Assembly: GCF_001194135.2 (NCBI RefSeq)
Contig: NC_069000.1
Span: 6,309,244-6,373,243 of the forward strand
DNA length: 64,000 bases
DNA from: Octopus bimaculoides
Taxonomy: Eukaryota
Direction: 5' to 3'
Both the position numbers and the translations under genes were made by a program. Shown here one piece after another: positions 12,819 to 25,801 of this stretch. The notes below the pieces were generated by a model that searched no databases, was not told the origin of the DNA, and worked only from the letters and a program-made list of their open reading frames with translations. Each line of letters begins with the position of its first letter. Position 1 is the stretch's first letter.

Positions 12819-12881
12819 ATCCATCACCTGCTGACACAGCATCAAACCCGAAAACTAATATTTACAAGGCTACAACCAAAG
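12819..12881 (+). CDS. NCAM: 63-nt symmetric exon (DPSPADTASNPKTNIYKATTK), with a possible in-frame upstream acceptor at 12792
   Basis: catttcag acceptor, G|gttagt donor (same hexamer as the donor at 3765), open in phase 1-1, P/S/T-rich. Confidence 0.65.
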
Positions 12882-13828
12882 GTTAGTTTGCAATAACTGT
12901 AATGGGAACCGTTCCTTGGTCCCTAACGGCTGCCAAACATTACAGATGGCTAGTCTTGTCAGTCATTCATTCATTCATTCATTCATTCATCTATATTTGC
13001 TCATCTTCAGTCTTTTCTTTTATTTTCATTCAAATTTTGAGAGAGAAATGTTTCAAGCTTCTTTCGGTTTGGTCAGTGTTATAAAGATTTCACTTTCAAA
13101 ACGAGGCAGCATGTTCCTAATTAATTCTGCTTCTTAACTCATTAATCCACTTCATTAGCTTCTTTTTCTCTGAATATATCATATGAAGAATTTTTCTAGC
13201 TTTCATCCATCTTTTCACTTCAGAGTTTTCCATGACAAATTTCCAAGTAATACATTTCTATATTTGGTTAATTTCTCCTTCATTTTAAATTGAAGGTTTT
13301 AGAATATACTTAAATTAAGATTGTATTCCTCCTATCCAAGGACCTGGATACATTATGTTAATTTCCTTTTTTAAAAACCTAAAACAACTTCGGGAATATT
13401 GTCCCAATAACTTACCAGAATAATTGTATAATATGGTGACCTGGCGAGTTTATAGAATGGCATTGATGGGTGGAAAGTGTTTTTGGTTCCTGCCCTTCAT
13501 TGAGTGTAGGGTAAGAAAAAGCTGGTTTACATTAGGCCCGTATCTACTTTAATCTTTGTACAATATTATTAAGTCCCCCATCCCTTTTTTAAGGGCTTAT
13601 TTGGAGTAAATCTTTCTGTAAGATTAAAACATAACGAAAATGCATTAGTCAGTCTTTATTGACAGGAAAACTCAATAACATTGTTTCTGGTTATGTTAGT
13701 AGTTAATTGCAAACTGTTTCTCTTTTCAGTTGGATAAGAAGTTACAATTTCTTTTGTTAAAGAATTTTCTCTTTCTTTTTTTTATAAAAGTCTGCCAAAT
13801 AGCTTTCATTTTTATATACATGTATATA

Positions 13829-14627
13829 CAGGGTGCGATGGGTAAATTGTCATTTTATAATCTCAATTTCGTGCATGCGCATTGTTTATGATTTTGTCAA
13901 CTACACAGTATAGTAGGGTCAGTTGGGCACTCTGTGAGAAAAACAGCACAACAACACAGTTCACACTGCCAGAAATTTGGAAACAATATGCTGTACTGTT
14001 TGGGTGTCAGTCTGAGGACCTGTACCGAGAGTGATAAAAATCAAACATCCCATCAACATCATGGTGTTTGGAGTGATTACTAGTGATGGTGACGTTATGC
14101 CTCCATTCATCTTCCCACATAGCCTCAGACTCAACACGTAGGTCTACATCAAGTGCCTGGAGGAGGTAGTGTTTCCTTGGGTCAATAGGGTGACTGCTGG
14201 AAGACCCTATGTCTGGCAACAAGAGTCTGCACCATGCCATACAAGCAGGAGAACCCAGTCATAGCTGTCAGACAATTTCTTTGACCACATCACCCCTAAC
14301 CTAACACCCCAAACTGCAATCCCCCCTTGATTATTGTGTGTGGGGTACAGTTGTGTGAGAGACCAACAAAACTCCTTTGAACTGAAGGCAAGGATTATGG
14401 CAGCATCTACCAACTTAAACAAGGAGACTGTCCAGAAGAGTTGCAGGAGATTCCGAAGTCGTGTGGATGCCATGGTTGAAGCCAATGGCAATTTTATTGA
14501 ATGAATTTACTCGTTAGTATTTCAAGATATTTTTATGCAATTTTGGTAAATATATCTGTTAAAATGAGATGTTGGTGTTATTTTCATTTTTGGGTAATTT
14601 AGATGACAGTTTGTTCACCGCACCCTG
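13829..14627 (+). mobile_element. Decayed Tc1/mariner-superfamily element (maT/rosa-like) with transposase remnant
   Basis: Imperfect ~25-bp TIRs starting CAGGGTG, left TA. The + strand reads KHPINIMVFGVITSDGDVMPPFIF...YVWQQESAPCHTS...NPLDY with stops and frameshifts. Confidence 0.85.
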
Positions 14628-14666
14628 TGTATATGATAAAGATTTAAATAAACTAATAGTTTAACA

Positions 14667-14742
<76 letters not shown>

Positions 14743-16980
14743 TTGTGTAGACATACATCAGTCAGAATTAATATTAAAAAACTAATTTCGAGATTGACAA
14801 GATTAAAGATTTAAATTCCATGGCTTCATTCAATTTTTGTGTGTCTGTCTGCATGCATGTTTGTATGTATACATATGTGTAAGTATGTATGTATTATACA
14901 CACACACACACATCAACTATAAAAACAATAAAGAATATTGATTCAAACATTGTTGTCAGCTGAATGTTATATTTGTGTATAGGAACAATCAGTCCTAAAT
15001 TGACTGTATTCACTGCATGCATTACTATTTGTTGCACTGTTATATGTATGCATTGAATTTGAAAGCGTGTGTATATGTCTATAGATAGATATTAAGCTCT
15101 TGTTGAAAATATTTGCTCCTTATCACTTCAGTTCTAAATGAAATTTTTACCTCTGCCTTTTAAACTTATCACAAATATAAAACCTAGTTGTTTAGCCCTG
15201 AGTAAGTAGGCCTATGATCAGAGGTGTTCCAGTTATGCCCAACTCTTTCTCTTGTATGTTGCATATCTAGGACTACATTGACTAATGTCTCTCTATACTT
15301 TCTGAAGATAGTAGAGAGTAAGTTTGAAGGAGGTTTGCTTGCATTTTTAGCAGGTCAAGCAACTATGTAGAGGTGCTCTGTCAAATGTGATTGCTTATTT
15401 ATTCACATTGTTTTGGTTTAATCATGCATTATCTTATAGCTTTGAGATTTCAATTGTGTGACTGTTGATTTTTAGAATAGATTATATTTTGGGGTATTGT
15501 AATGGGAATGTATCTTAGCTTCAATAGTTTTGTGTGCACACATTTGTTCTGCTTTAAGATTAAGCTCTTTTAAATGTATTGAGCTCTTTTTGCATTATTT
15601 TTATAGCCAAATGTAGAATCTAGTGTTATATATCAATCAAATTTTGACACATCATGAAAGTGAATTTAACAATTTAGTGTGTTGTTAAATAGTTCTGCAA
15701 TGCAGATGATGTATATATTTTCTCACAAAATTCTGAGACTGCCAAATATCTACTGCAAGAGAATCTTTATTTTGCTCTATAAAACTGCTCTGTTACTAAC
15801 ACACTCTCAACCTATTGATTGATCTGCTTAAAACAGTTCCATTATTTGTTCATATTTTCTGTTAACCCTTTCCACTCAATACTCATTGATTCCCACCTAC
15901 TAAATAGGTGCCTTCCAAAGTTTTTAGTTATGAAAAATTGTTTAAACTAGTCTACTTTAAAAAAAAAAATAATAATGAACAAACAAAAAAGTGCTATCAT
16001 CTGGGCAGTCAGAATTTTGATATCTTAATGGCTTGAAATATTTAGTGTAGGAGTGCAAAGGGATTTTTTTCAATTTTTGGTTTAACAAACCTTTATTGCA
16101 TGGTGTGTGTGTGTTTTTTTTTTTTTTTTTTTTGCTCTTTCTCTTCTCCCATTTGTTAACTGACTATAAGCTCAAACAATTCATTGCTTTATATTCTGAA
16201 TTCTCTGCCATTGAAATTCTCTGTATGTGTGGTGTCAATTACTGTCTGTTAATTTTCATTATTGATTTTTGATGAGCCAATCCATTCACCTCATAAGGTT
16301 TCATTTCATTATTCGTGGATCAATTACTATATAATCCATCATTATTGCAATACATTTTCATATTTATACATTGAATTAAGAAATTGTTTTTCCAATTTCC
16401 AGCTGAAAGGTAGGTAAGTTGTTGAAGGCTAAAAGCTGTCTGATTCCTCTCTAGTTTCTTTGTTTTAATAAAATTACATTTATTTCTCTTCCAAATCAAA
16501 ATATTTTCTAGCCTTATCAAACTGTCTTAATTTTGGAACTAGTTTTTTGTCTTCATATACCACTTTCCTACTTTAGAGACTTCATGTAGGAATATATTAC
16601 TTAACACTTATCAAATAAGTGACTATAGTCAGTTTTTTGGTAAGTTAGCCATTAAATTATTTGATTTTCAGTTGTATGTACTTCTATTACAAAGAACACT
16701 CTCACCAACTTCCTTGTATTCTTCTACTCCTGATTTTTTTTCCTTACAAACTTTGTTCCAAGTTGAGGCCTCATTTCAACATTTAATATCCTGAACTACT
16801 TGTAAGCTAATCATAACTGTAATGACATGTTTTTAATAACATTCCTCATCACCATTTTATGCTCATTTTGGGTTGACTTAGTTATCTCTAAAAGTATGTT
16901 GGCACATTTTAGTCTTCTGTTACCTTCTACCTGAAATTCATCCTTAAGGCATCAACTATCACCATTTCTTCCACCCCACC

Positions 16981-17012
<32 letters not shown>

Positions 17013-17846
17013 TTCCTCATACATATCACATGTTGCTACTGCCTTCTCTCTCTCTAGTACAATACAATCTCATTTCTTTTTTCTCAGCTCCTATATTCCA
17101 TTGTTCCACCCCACCAGCAGTATGCATTCCATTCGTGTGTATTCTCCTCTTTTGTTTCTACTTTTTCCTCATTGTCAGCATTCATGCAATATTGCATTTT
17201 ACACACAAGCAATATATAATCTCTTTTTCACAGCATTACCAACTGAGGCTCTTTCTTTTTTCTACCTTGTTTTTTTCCATAGTTACCTATGCTTTTGGAA
17301 CCCCCACCTTCTCTGTTAAGAAACAGAAGCAGTCGGTTATTTGTAGGGAACCGCCCTTTGTTGGCTTCTTTTAGTTTTCTACCTCATAGATACCCTACCC
17401 CTCTATGTGTCTGAATTAACTACACTGTAGTTAGTACAGACACATATCATCTCCGAGTACCACCTGCTCATCTTTATTTATCCAGTTGAGAGAAAATTGG
17501 TCTTCTTAATGCCTTGTTAAGCTTATTTCAACTGTAGAAAAATTGCTCTCTTTCTCTCTCTCTCTCTCTCTCTCTGAAGTCCTTAATTGTCACTACAATA
17601 TTAACTTCTGTGGCTCTGAAAATTCTTTCATAAATTAACTGTTTTGAGAAGCTGTTTGACTCTCTCTTTTTTTTTTTTTTTTTTTTTTTTTCCTTCTCTC
17701 TTATTTCACACCACAATATCTCAATCAATGTACAGCTATTACTGATCTTTCTTAAAATAGTTTCCTAATAATCAATGTGAAAATGTGTTTAATTTTAGAC
17801 ATTTGCAGTTTCAACAGTTTTCAATCATTTCTCTGAAACTAATCAA

Positions 17847-17880
<34 letters not shown>

Positions 17881-18023
17881 GCAACAAGATGGAGTTAACA
17901 TGTTGTCTATTTGACTTGGTCATTGTTTGATCTTATCTAATTGTTCCAGCATTTTTTTGAAATTTGATTTATGTGCTGTTTTGTTTACTAGTGATTTGCT
18001 GCAAGTTATATTTTTCCTTTCAG

Positions 18024-18062
18024 GAAATATTTTAGATCCTGGACAAACATCGAAATCCATAA
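18024..18062 (+). CDS. Candidate 39-nt (or 48-nt, to 18071) symmetric exon (GNILDPGQTSKSI)
   Basis: Strong acceptor tttttcctttcag and open in phase 1, but both donors (A|gtgatt) are weak. Confidence 0.35.
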
Positions 18063-19236
18063 GTGATTCAAGTGATTCTTTTTTTCTTTCTTTTTTTTTT
18101 GTTAATCTTGCCATTAAGTCTTTCTGTACTAATTTTCATTTATAGCTTTTGAATTGACAAAACTTTTCCATAAATTAATATATTTATCTCTTTCAAAACT
18201 TAATAATCTTTCTATTTTAATGATTCTTTGCACAGTAAGGAAGGAGGTTACAAGTAACATTTAGAATAAAACTTTAGTTTAAGCATGTCAAAATTGAAAT
18301 ACATATATATTTATATATGTATATATATATATACTGATTGGTCATTACAATTTTCAAATATAATGGATTTTTTCTTTTTAAAGCCTATATAAATTTAATG
18401 GTTTTTCTCTCAATATAAATCTCCAATTTGTTCACTGATTTCATTGTCTATTGTACATTAGTTTCTGCTTAAGATGGAGGCATGTTTTAAAACCTGCAAT
18501 TAACCATCATAAGGATGAATTGAGCTGTTTTTTAATTAATCATTATAAATCTTAGTGATTTAATGTGGCAAGCTGGCAGAATCGTTAGCGTGCTGGACAA
18601 AATGCCAAGCATTTCTTTTGGCACTTTAAGTTCAAATTCTGCCAAGGTCAATTTTACCTATGATCCTTCCAAGATTGTTAAAATGAGTACCTGTCAAGTA
18701 CTGGCGTTGGTGTAATGCGCGCACGCACACATTCTTCAGATTTGCTGGCCTTGTGCCAAAATAAGAAGTTTTTGACAACAGCACAAGTATTTGTCAGCAT
18801 TTCCTTATGGTTTTATGTTTGTATATATTTTTTTAATGCTAATAATGCATTTCAAATATTACTATATAAATAAGGATAAGATCCATATTTTAAATAGCAA
18901 TCAAATCAAGTGACAGCATGAAAGTAAAAAAGAAACTATATAGGTTATATAATAATTATAAAAATTTATAAATAAGGGTCTCGAAGAGATACTACCATGC
19001 TTGAAATAGCAATCAAAACCTGACTCTAAAACCACATCATGTATTCAAAATACAGCACAAGGTGAAAGGACAAATAGACAAATAAAACCAGAGGGTGTGA
19101 AATTATCCAATTTTTACTGGGATTGAATTGTTCGACTAAAGGTGCATAGCTGCAGTCAAATGACTTAAACCAGTAAAAGAATTAATCTACACACACACAC
19201 AACCAGTATTTTGTGATAATGGTATTGAAAGCAAAA

Positions 19237-19453
19237 GGGCGGCGAACTGGCAGAATCGTTAGCACGCTAGGCGAAATGCTTAGCGGTATTTCATGTGTCG
19301 TTGCATTCTGAGTTCAAACTCCACCAAGGTCGACTTTGCCTTTCATCCTTTCGGGGTCGATTAAATAAGTGCCAGTTACGCACTGGGGTCGATATAATCG
19401 ACTTGACTTTGTTTGTCCCCTCTATGTTTAGCCCCCTGTGGGCAATAAAGAAA
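19237..19453 (+). mobile_element. SINE (family B)
   Basis: ggcggcgaactggcagaatcgttagc head and ctgagttcaaa B-box. Copies near 8388, 18565, 25142, 29404, 30921, 31068, 45279 (minus), 54993, 55208 and 55460. Confidence 0.85.
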
Positions 19454-20338
19454 AAAATGGTATTGAAAGCAAATTGATTTGGTAAAGTCCTGCCTCCATA
19501 TTTTGTCCCCGTAGGCTAATTATTCAGTGCTTGTAATGTTGATGATTGGCTCTTGGTCAAACCCGATCTAGCACGACTATGAAGATAGGTGTTGTAGTGT
19601 AGACACCACGGTACATTATGTTGTTCAGTGTGTCCTGTCCTTTTGTGACAGTACCAATGATCACTTGAACTTTGATCGTTTACGAAGTAGTGAATCACCT
19701 TCACTTCATTGTGTCTAAAGAACAAAATTAATTTGTGAAGTGTTGGATGCATAACAATGTCAACAGAAGAAAATTGTCAAACCTTTTTGCTCAGAATACT
19801 GTGTACACACACACAGACATGAACCCACCCATATTGTGTGGTTAATATGGTAACTTTGCAGCTACGTGGTTCTGGGTTTAATCCCACTGAGTGGCACCTT
19901 AGATAAATGCCTTGGGCCAACCCATCCCTTGTGAGTAAATTTTGTAGATAGAAACTGTGTGGAAACTTATATATGTATATTGCGTTTGTACCTGCACTGC
20001 TTGACGGCCTGTGTTGATTTGCATCTCTGTAATTTAGCATTCAGTGAGAGAGAGTGTTGAAGTACCAGCCAAAAAATACGTACTGGGGAGGTCGATTTGT
20101 TAGATTAAATCTTTCAAAGCAGTGCTCCAGCATGGGCTGAAGAAAGTTCAGAGAGTTGTTACAGATGTTGGTAACAAAAGGTGTGAAACAAATTGTACGA
20201 TGCTTGTGTATGAGCAGGTTTGCTACGAGGTAGTGAAATGTGAGGCCAGACTGCAGGAGACTTGTGGAGATTAGAAATAAAGCTAGCCTTCTCCACTGGA
20301 CATGCAATGGCCATGCGCATGGCTGAAAATTATAAATA

Positions 20339-20373
20339 CTAGGTTGAGGAAAAAGTTTGTGTGCTGTGTTGAT

Positions 20374-20412
<39 letters not shown>

Positions 20413-20880
20413 AAGACTTTATTCAAAAACAACTACTATTCTTTAAAATAAAGACCATCATTTTCCATGACCTTCTGCTAATGATCTGCAAGCTTTCAGA
20501 TTTCGTTAAAATACCAATCCCTTGGCTTTGAATTGAAAAATTCTTGACAGGCTTCTTCAACTTCATTGAATGACTCAAATCGGTGACCTTTCATAAAGTG
20601 CTGCTTTGATCGGAAGAGACCATAGTCAGATGGAGCAATGTCTGGACTATAGGCTGGATGCGGCAGAACTTCCACACCGTCCAATTCTTCAATCTTGTTA
20701 CTGGTTTTTCTGATGGTCTGCAGTTTGCATTGTCTTGTTGAAACAAAGCGCGTCTTCGAATATAGTGAGTCACCATTGAACACGGTGATATGAGCTGAAT
20801 GAACACACACACACACACCACAAAAATATATTAAAAAAGCATTATTTTAACACAGCACACAAACTTCTTCCTCAGCCTAA
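20339..20880 (-). mobile_element. Internally deleted mariner (DD34D) element
   Basis: 31-bp TIRs with 2 mismatches (taggttgaggaaaaagtttgtgtgctgtgtt). ORF 20496-20816 contains LPHPAYSPDIAPSDY, and QDNA appears in the adjacent frame. Confidence 0.9.
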
Positions 20881-21779
20881 CATGTTGAGAGAAAGATTAG
20901 GCATAAAAAGGATTGGAGATCGTGTGCTGGTATACATATGGCCAAGGAAAGCCATATTCATCTACAGCCCTTTCTAATCATCCCTCATTCCTCCATATAT
21001 TCTTCCAGCCTCAGCCTCCCTACCATTCCGTTCTTGTCTGCCCCCACTAACCTTCATCTCCCAGTTCTAGCTCTACCCTAATTACTCCCAATCACCTCTT
21101 CAACAGTGAGAAATTTGTTCCTGTCCAGTCTTTCGTACTTCTGAACACTTCAAGAAGTGGGAGGCTTAGAGGTCCCTCATTCACCTTGTATTGACAATGG
21201 CCCTTTGAGTGCTCAACACCATTTGTTGGATAAATATATTTGTAAATATATTTATTTTTGGATTATCAATTCTACTATTGGTCTCATTAGTGTAATATCC
21301 ACATGCACATGCTCATTCACAGACATTTCTCCATAAATACCAATAAATGTTTTCAAGATATCCTCTCGATCAGTATAGACAGAAGCTTTTTTGCTTTTAG
21401 CCATTTAAATCTGCCATTGCACCTTTCCTATACTTCAGCTTTAATACGGTGATGAACTTTTTCAAAGTTGTTTTCTATTTGACATTTGTTTTTTAAATCT
21501 ACAAAAACCTTAAGTTTGGTCTACTTGGGTTTTACTTTTTTTACGCATGCATCTATTTTTTTTTTCAACTTTCCATTGAAATCGTAATATTTTGTTTTTA
21601 ATATTTTATAATACCCAATTTTACATTAGTAACCCTTAGCTGGTATTTTTTTTTTTTTTTTTTTCTCCACTCCGCCACTATTATCTCTCTCTGCCTTCTC
21701 TAACATTTTGGCATCTCGCATCTTCAAGATAGATGAATCAATTTCAGTGACATGTTAAAACCCTTTATTTTTTGTACAG

Positions 21780-21902
21780 GTCCATCTTTTTCCACTATGA
21801 GCCCTTCTACTAAGAGCCCTACTAGTATCAGTGACGTAAGCTCTAGCTCAACACGTGACACTACTGTCACTGTGACCAATGTTGTAACTTCAGTGACCAC
21901 TG
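21780..21902 (+). CDS. NCAM: 123-nt symmetric Ser/Thr-rich (mucin-like) stalk exon
   Basis: tttttgtacag acceptor, G|gtgaaa donor, GPSFSTMSPSTKSPTSISDVSSSSTRDTTVTVTNVVTSVTT in phase 1-1. Confidence 0.8.
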
Positions 21903-24900
21903 GTGAAAAGCTGTTACATTGTTTTTTTGCATGCTTGAAACCACATCTACTTATAATTTATCTGTCTTTTTTAATATTTTCAAACCTTTTATCTACTTAC
22001 TGTTGTAAATATATCTCTCTCTTAGACAGTGACACTTCGTTTCATCCTGCTTCTCTTTGTCCACTTGAAAAGAAGCTTTTTCTCTCATTTTTGTCTTTCC
22101 AAATTAATCCCTGGATTCGTCCATTTTCTCCTCAACACTAACTACAGTTTTATTAATCATTCATTTCTAGTTCACACACTCGTTTCTCTTTGTTTCTTAT
22201 TTGGTCCGACCAATGAATTCTGACTTCTCTCTGATATGTTCATGCAGTCTTTGCATCACCCATCTTCTACACATACACACGTGTCTGTGTGTATATGATT
22301 TGTTGTGACTCCAGCCCCCTACATTTTCTCACTAATGATAGGAGTAAGACTTCATTTTTAATGATTTCAGCTATTGAAATTGTCTTAAATATTTCTTAAC
22401 TCTCTTTCTGACCTTTTTTTTTTTTGTTTTTGTTTTTATTTAAATGGCGAATATAATGTATTGATAATGAAATTTCCCAATTGTGGCTTCACTGCTGATT
22501 TGATCATGTCATTGTTAATATTATTATTACCATTATTATTATTATTAATCATTGCTTACTCTTGACTTGTGATGTTTCTCCCTCAGTCAATCTCTTCACA
22601 AATTAAACGTTTACCGAATGAACTTTCATATTAATGTTCTACTTCATCTGTACTACTACTACTACTACTATGATGATGATAATCATAATTATGCATGCCT
22701 GGCTCATTTCTTTTTCTTTGTCTGTCTGTCTTGTTTGTCTTTTTTTTATTTTTGTATGTTTTTCCTTTTTGTTTTTAATATTCAGTTTCACTAACTGTGT
22801 ACATATTTACTACTACCTGTATTTTTTAAATGTCTCCGTTTCACTTAACATTCTTTACATTAGTAATAAATGGTGAGGATTGTTATTCAATGCTGTTATA
22901 CAATTTGCTTGGGTTGTTAGAATTGTGTGTGTGTGTGTGTGTGTGTGTGTATACCATATTTGCCAGTGTGTAAAGATGCAGTTTTTTATTTTTAAATGTA
23001 TAAAAAAAAACTTGCTCTGCATCTAATGCAGTCGTACTATGTATGGAAGGCCAAGAGTTGTGTGTTGTAGGCTCGGGAACTTAATGAGCATAAGTCTGCT
23101 GGGCACAATAATTGTTACCCATAAAATATTGAAAACCGGCCAAAATATCACAAACTGTTAACACAAATTTGTGGGAAATTGCTTACAGCAATCAGCAGTT
23201 ATAAATGAAGAAGTCTCATCCTTTCCGATCTCGTTCCTCAGCATACGTAACTCGCACCTGATATGTGATTTACATTTTACTTAATGGCTGTTGTTTTTAA
23301 GAACTTTTCTTTAAATTGGTCTGAATGAAAGGTGAACGGAATGTTAAACTTTCATCTGCCTGTCAGCTGTGTGCAGTGAGTTGATGACAATATAAAAATT
23401 GAAATATTTGCAGGAACGTGGTTTACTCATGTTAGATATATGGCTTCATATTTTATTCCATTGTACTGTCGCAGAATCATATTTATATGCACACACAATC
23501 AATACACCTTTTCCCCTACAAAACCACTTTAAGATATCTTTCAGTAACGTATGATGAAACATACTAAATCTCCCCCACACACAAATTACCTTTTTTAAAA
23601 TAGGAGTGTGTTTTATATGCAGGCAAATATGGTATATCTTGTGTATGAATCAAGTGGTTGCTCTTGTCACAAATTACATTTCATGGGCAATGTCTTAACC
23701 ATTTATTGAATATTTAACATTTCCTTTCTGAAAGTTGCATGTGTGTAACATATATGTGTAATGTGTGTGTAAAAACTTTTCTCTTTCCTTGCAAATGTTT
23801 CGAATCTTATTCTACTAAAACTCCTGTTTTCCAACAATGGATTGGAACAATCCTCAGAGCACTGCAGTATTTCTTTCTGCTCTCCACATTTTTTTTCTAA
23901 CTTGCAATCAATGATGGGCCTGGGATGATTTAATTTTCACTTAAATCTTACATTGTGTGGGCAGACGGTGGTGGTGGTGGTGGTGGTGGTGGTGGTGGTG
24001 CTTATTTCTCTTCTCTTACTCCTTCCTCTCTCTGTTTCCTCTTTCTGCTACTCACCTTCTGGTGGGAATTTTAGGTATCTGTAAGGTCAAAGAGCTATTA
24101 TTTCTGAGAAAATGGAGCAATTTACATTTGACACAAGCATTTATTGTAAATGACATCTGGTTAAGTCAGTCACTCGTCATCATCATCATCATCAGTAACT
24201 TTTCTGTATTTTAAGGACATAATGTTAATGATGGTGCAGCCAATAGCAACCTCTCCCACTTGCCCTCTCATTCTCTTGCACCCCTCTCTCTCTCTCGAAT
24301 CTCTAGGAATCATTCAGGTTTGATGAGAGAGAGAGAGAGAGAAAGAGAAATGTGATTTAGATTGTGTGTTTGATAGTTTAGGTATATTTCATCATTATGT
24401 TGAAAAAGACAGTTTGCTCTGACCCAGAAACTAGACACAGTATCAGTCTACAATCTGATAATCAAACAGTCGTTGTTCCACCCACCTTTTCCTCCCTTCT
24501 GTTTTTGAATCATACATCATGGCAGCAGTATGCTGATAATGGTATTATGTCTTCCGTCTTTTGGGAAATTGTGAAAACGATGACCTTTTTGAAAGATTTA
24601 AACTAAAATTTATAAACAGTTTTCACGTTGCTTAAGTGACTGTCACTGCTGTGTGTGTGTGTATGTGTGTATATATGTATATATATATATATGTATGTAT
24701 GTATGTATATAGTGATGCTCGGTCAAATTTGTTTGTGCAAGTATAATTGGATTGGACGTGTATTTATTGAAAGCAAATTTGAGGATCTTTTCATTTCCCT
24801 GAGGAGACAACAGTTTGTGTAAAAATCAAATTGATTTTAAGTTTTAAGTTTTTGATGCTTTTGAGTCCTGCCAGTCAGTTGTGAGTAAACAGATCTATGA

Positions 24901-25141
24901 CCAAAACATGAACCATGTTTGATGCATATTGATATTAAAGATACTATATTGCNNNNNNNNNNNNNNNNNNNNNNNNNGGGGGGGCATGTAGCAGAACATT
25001 GAACTAAGGAATACCACAAAGTACTTTACATTCCATGTAGAAAACAGCTTTATATTCCATGTTGCAGAAGAATATACAGAACTGAAGAATATCCAAAACT
25101 GTTTTGCTTTATGTAGTAGAACATAGTTTTGTTATTATTAA

Positions 25142-25365
25142 GGCAGTGAGCTGGTAGAATTGTTAGCATGCCAGGTAAAATGCCTAGTGGTATTTCATCT
25201 GTCCTTACATTTTTGTGTTCAAATTCTAGTATGGTCAACTTTACCTTTCATCCTTTCAGAGCTGATAAAATAAGTTCCAGTGAAGCACTGGGGGTTGGTG
25301 TAAACAACTGACCCCATTCCCTCAAAGTTGCTTGCCTTGTGTCCACATTTGAAACTTATTATTAT
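25142..25365 (+). mobile_element. SINE (family B)
   Basis: Similar to 19237, with (ATT)n tail. Confidence 0.8.
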
Positions 25366-25768
25366 TAAGGAATACAGAAAATTACTTTACATTCCTTGTG
25401 GCAGAACATTGGACTATAAAATATGTTTAGAAAGAAATAATTTGGGGAAGTTTGGACCATGTAAGTGTTGTTGGTCAGCTAACAGCACCACCATTTACAC
25501 TGCTTGCTGTAGAGAATATGGGCCCCGTGAAAGAGGTACAGGATGACCATGAAGAAAGAGGTTGGAAGATGGTGGGAGAAAATGAGGTTGATAGAGTGAC
25601 AGTGAAAGACAGGAGGAAGAAGAGGCAGTTGTCTTTTTGTTGGGGACTTTACAAACTACCTGGGTTATTGATCTTGATTGATTGATTTCTAATGATGTTA
25701 TGGTTGTGCTCGAAGTGGAGAGAATTTATTTGGGAATGTTGGGCCTGGTTGATGATAGAGAACCAATT

Positions 25769-25801
<33 letters not shown>

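Noticed and set aside
14751-14882. Acceptor after a (CT)n tract with an open phase-1 frame (DIHQSELILK...)
   Set aside because: The pyrimidine tract is a microsatellite, there is no good donor, and the frame runs into TG repeats
17088-17374. Phase-1-compatible acceptor opening a Cys/Phe-rich hydrophobic ORF
   Set aside because: Pyrimidine-rich low-complexity context, no phase-1 donor and no NCAM TM motif. Probably chance.
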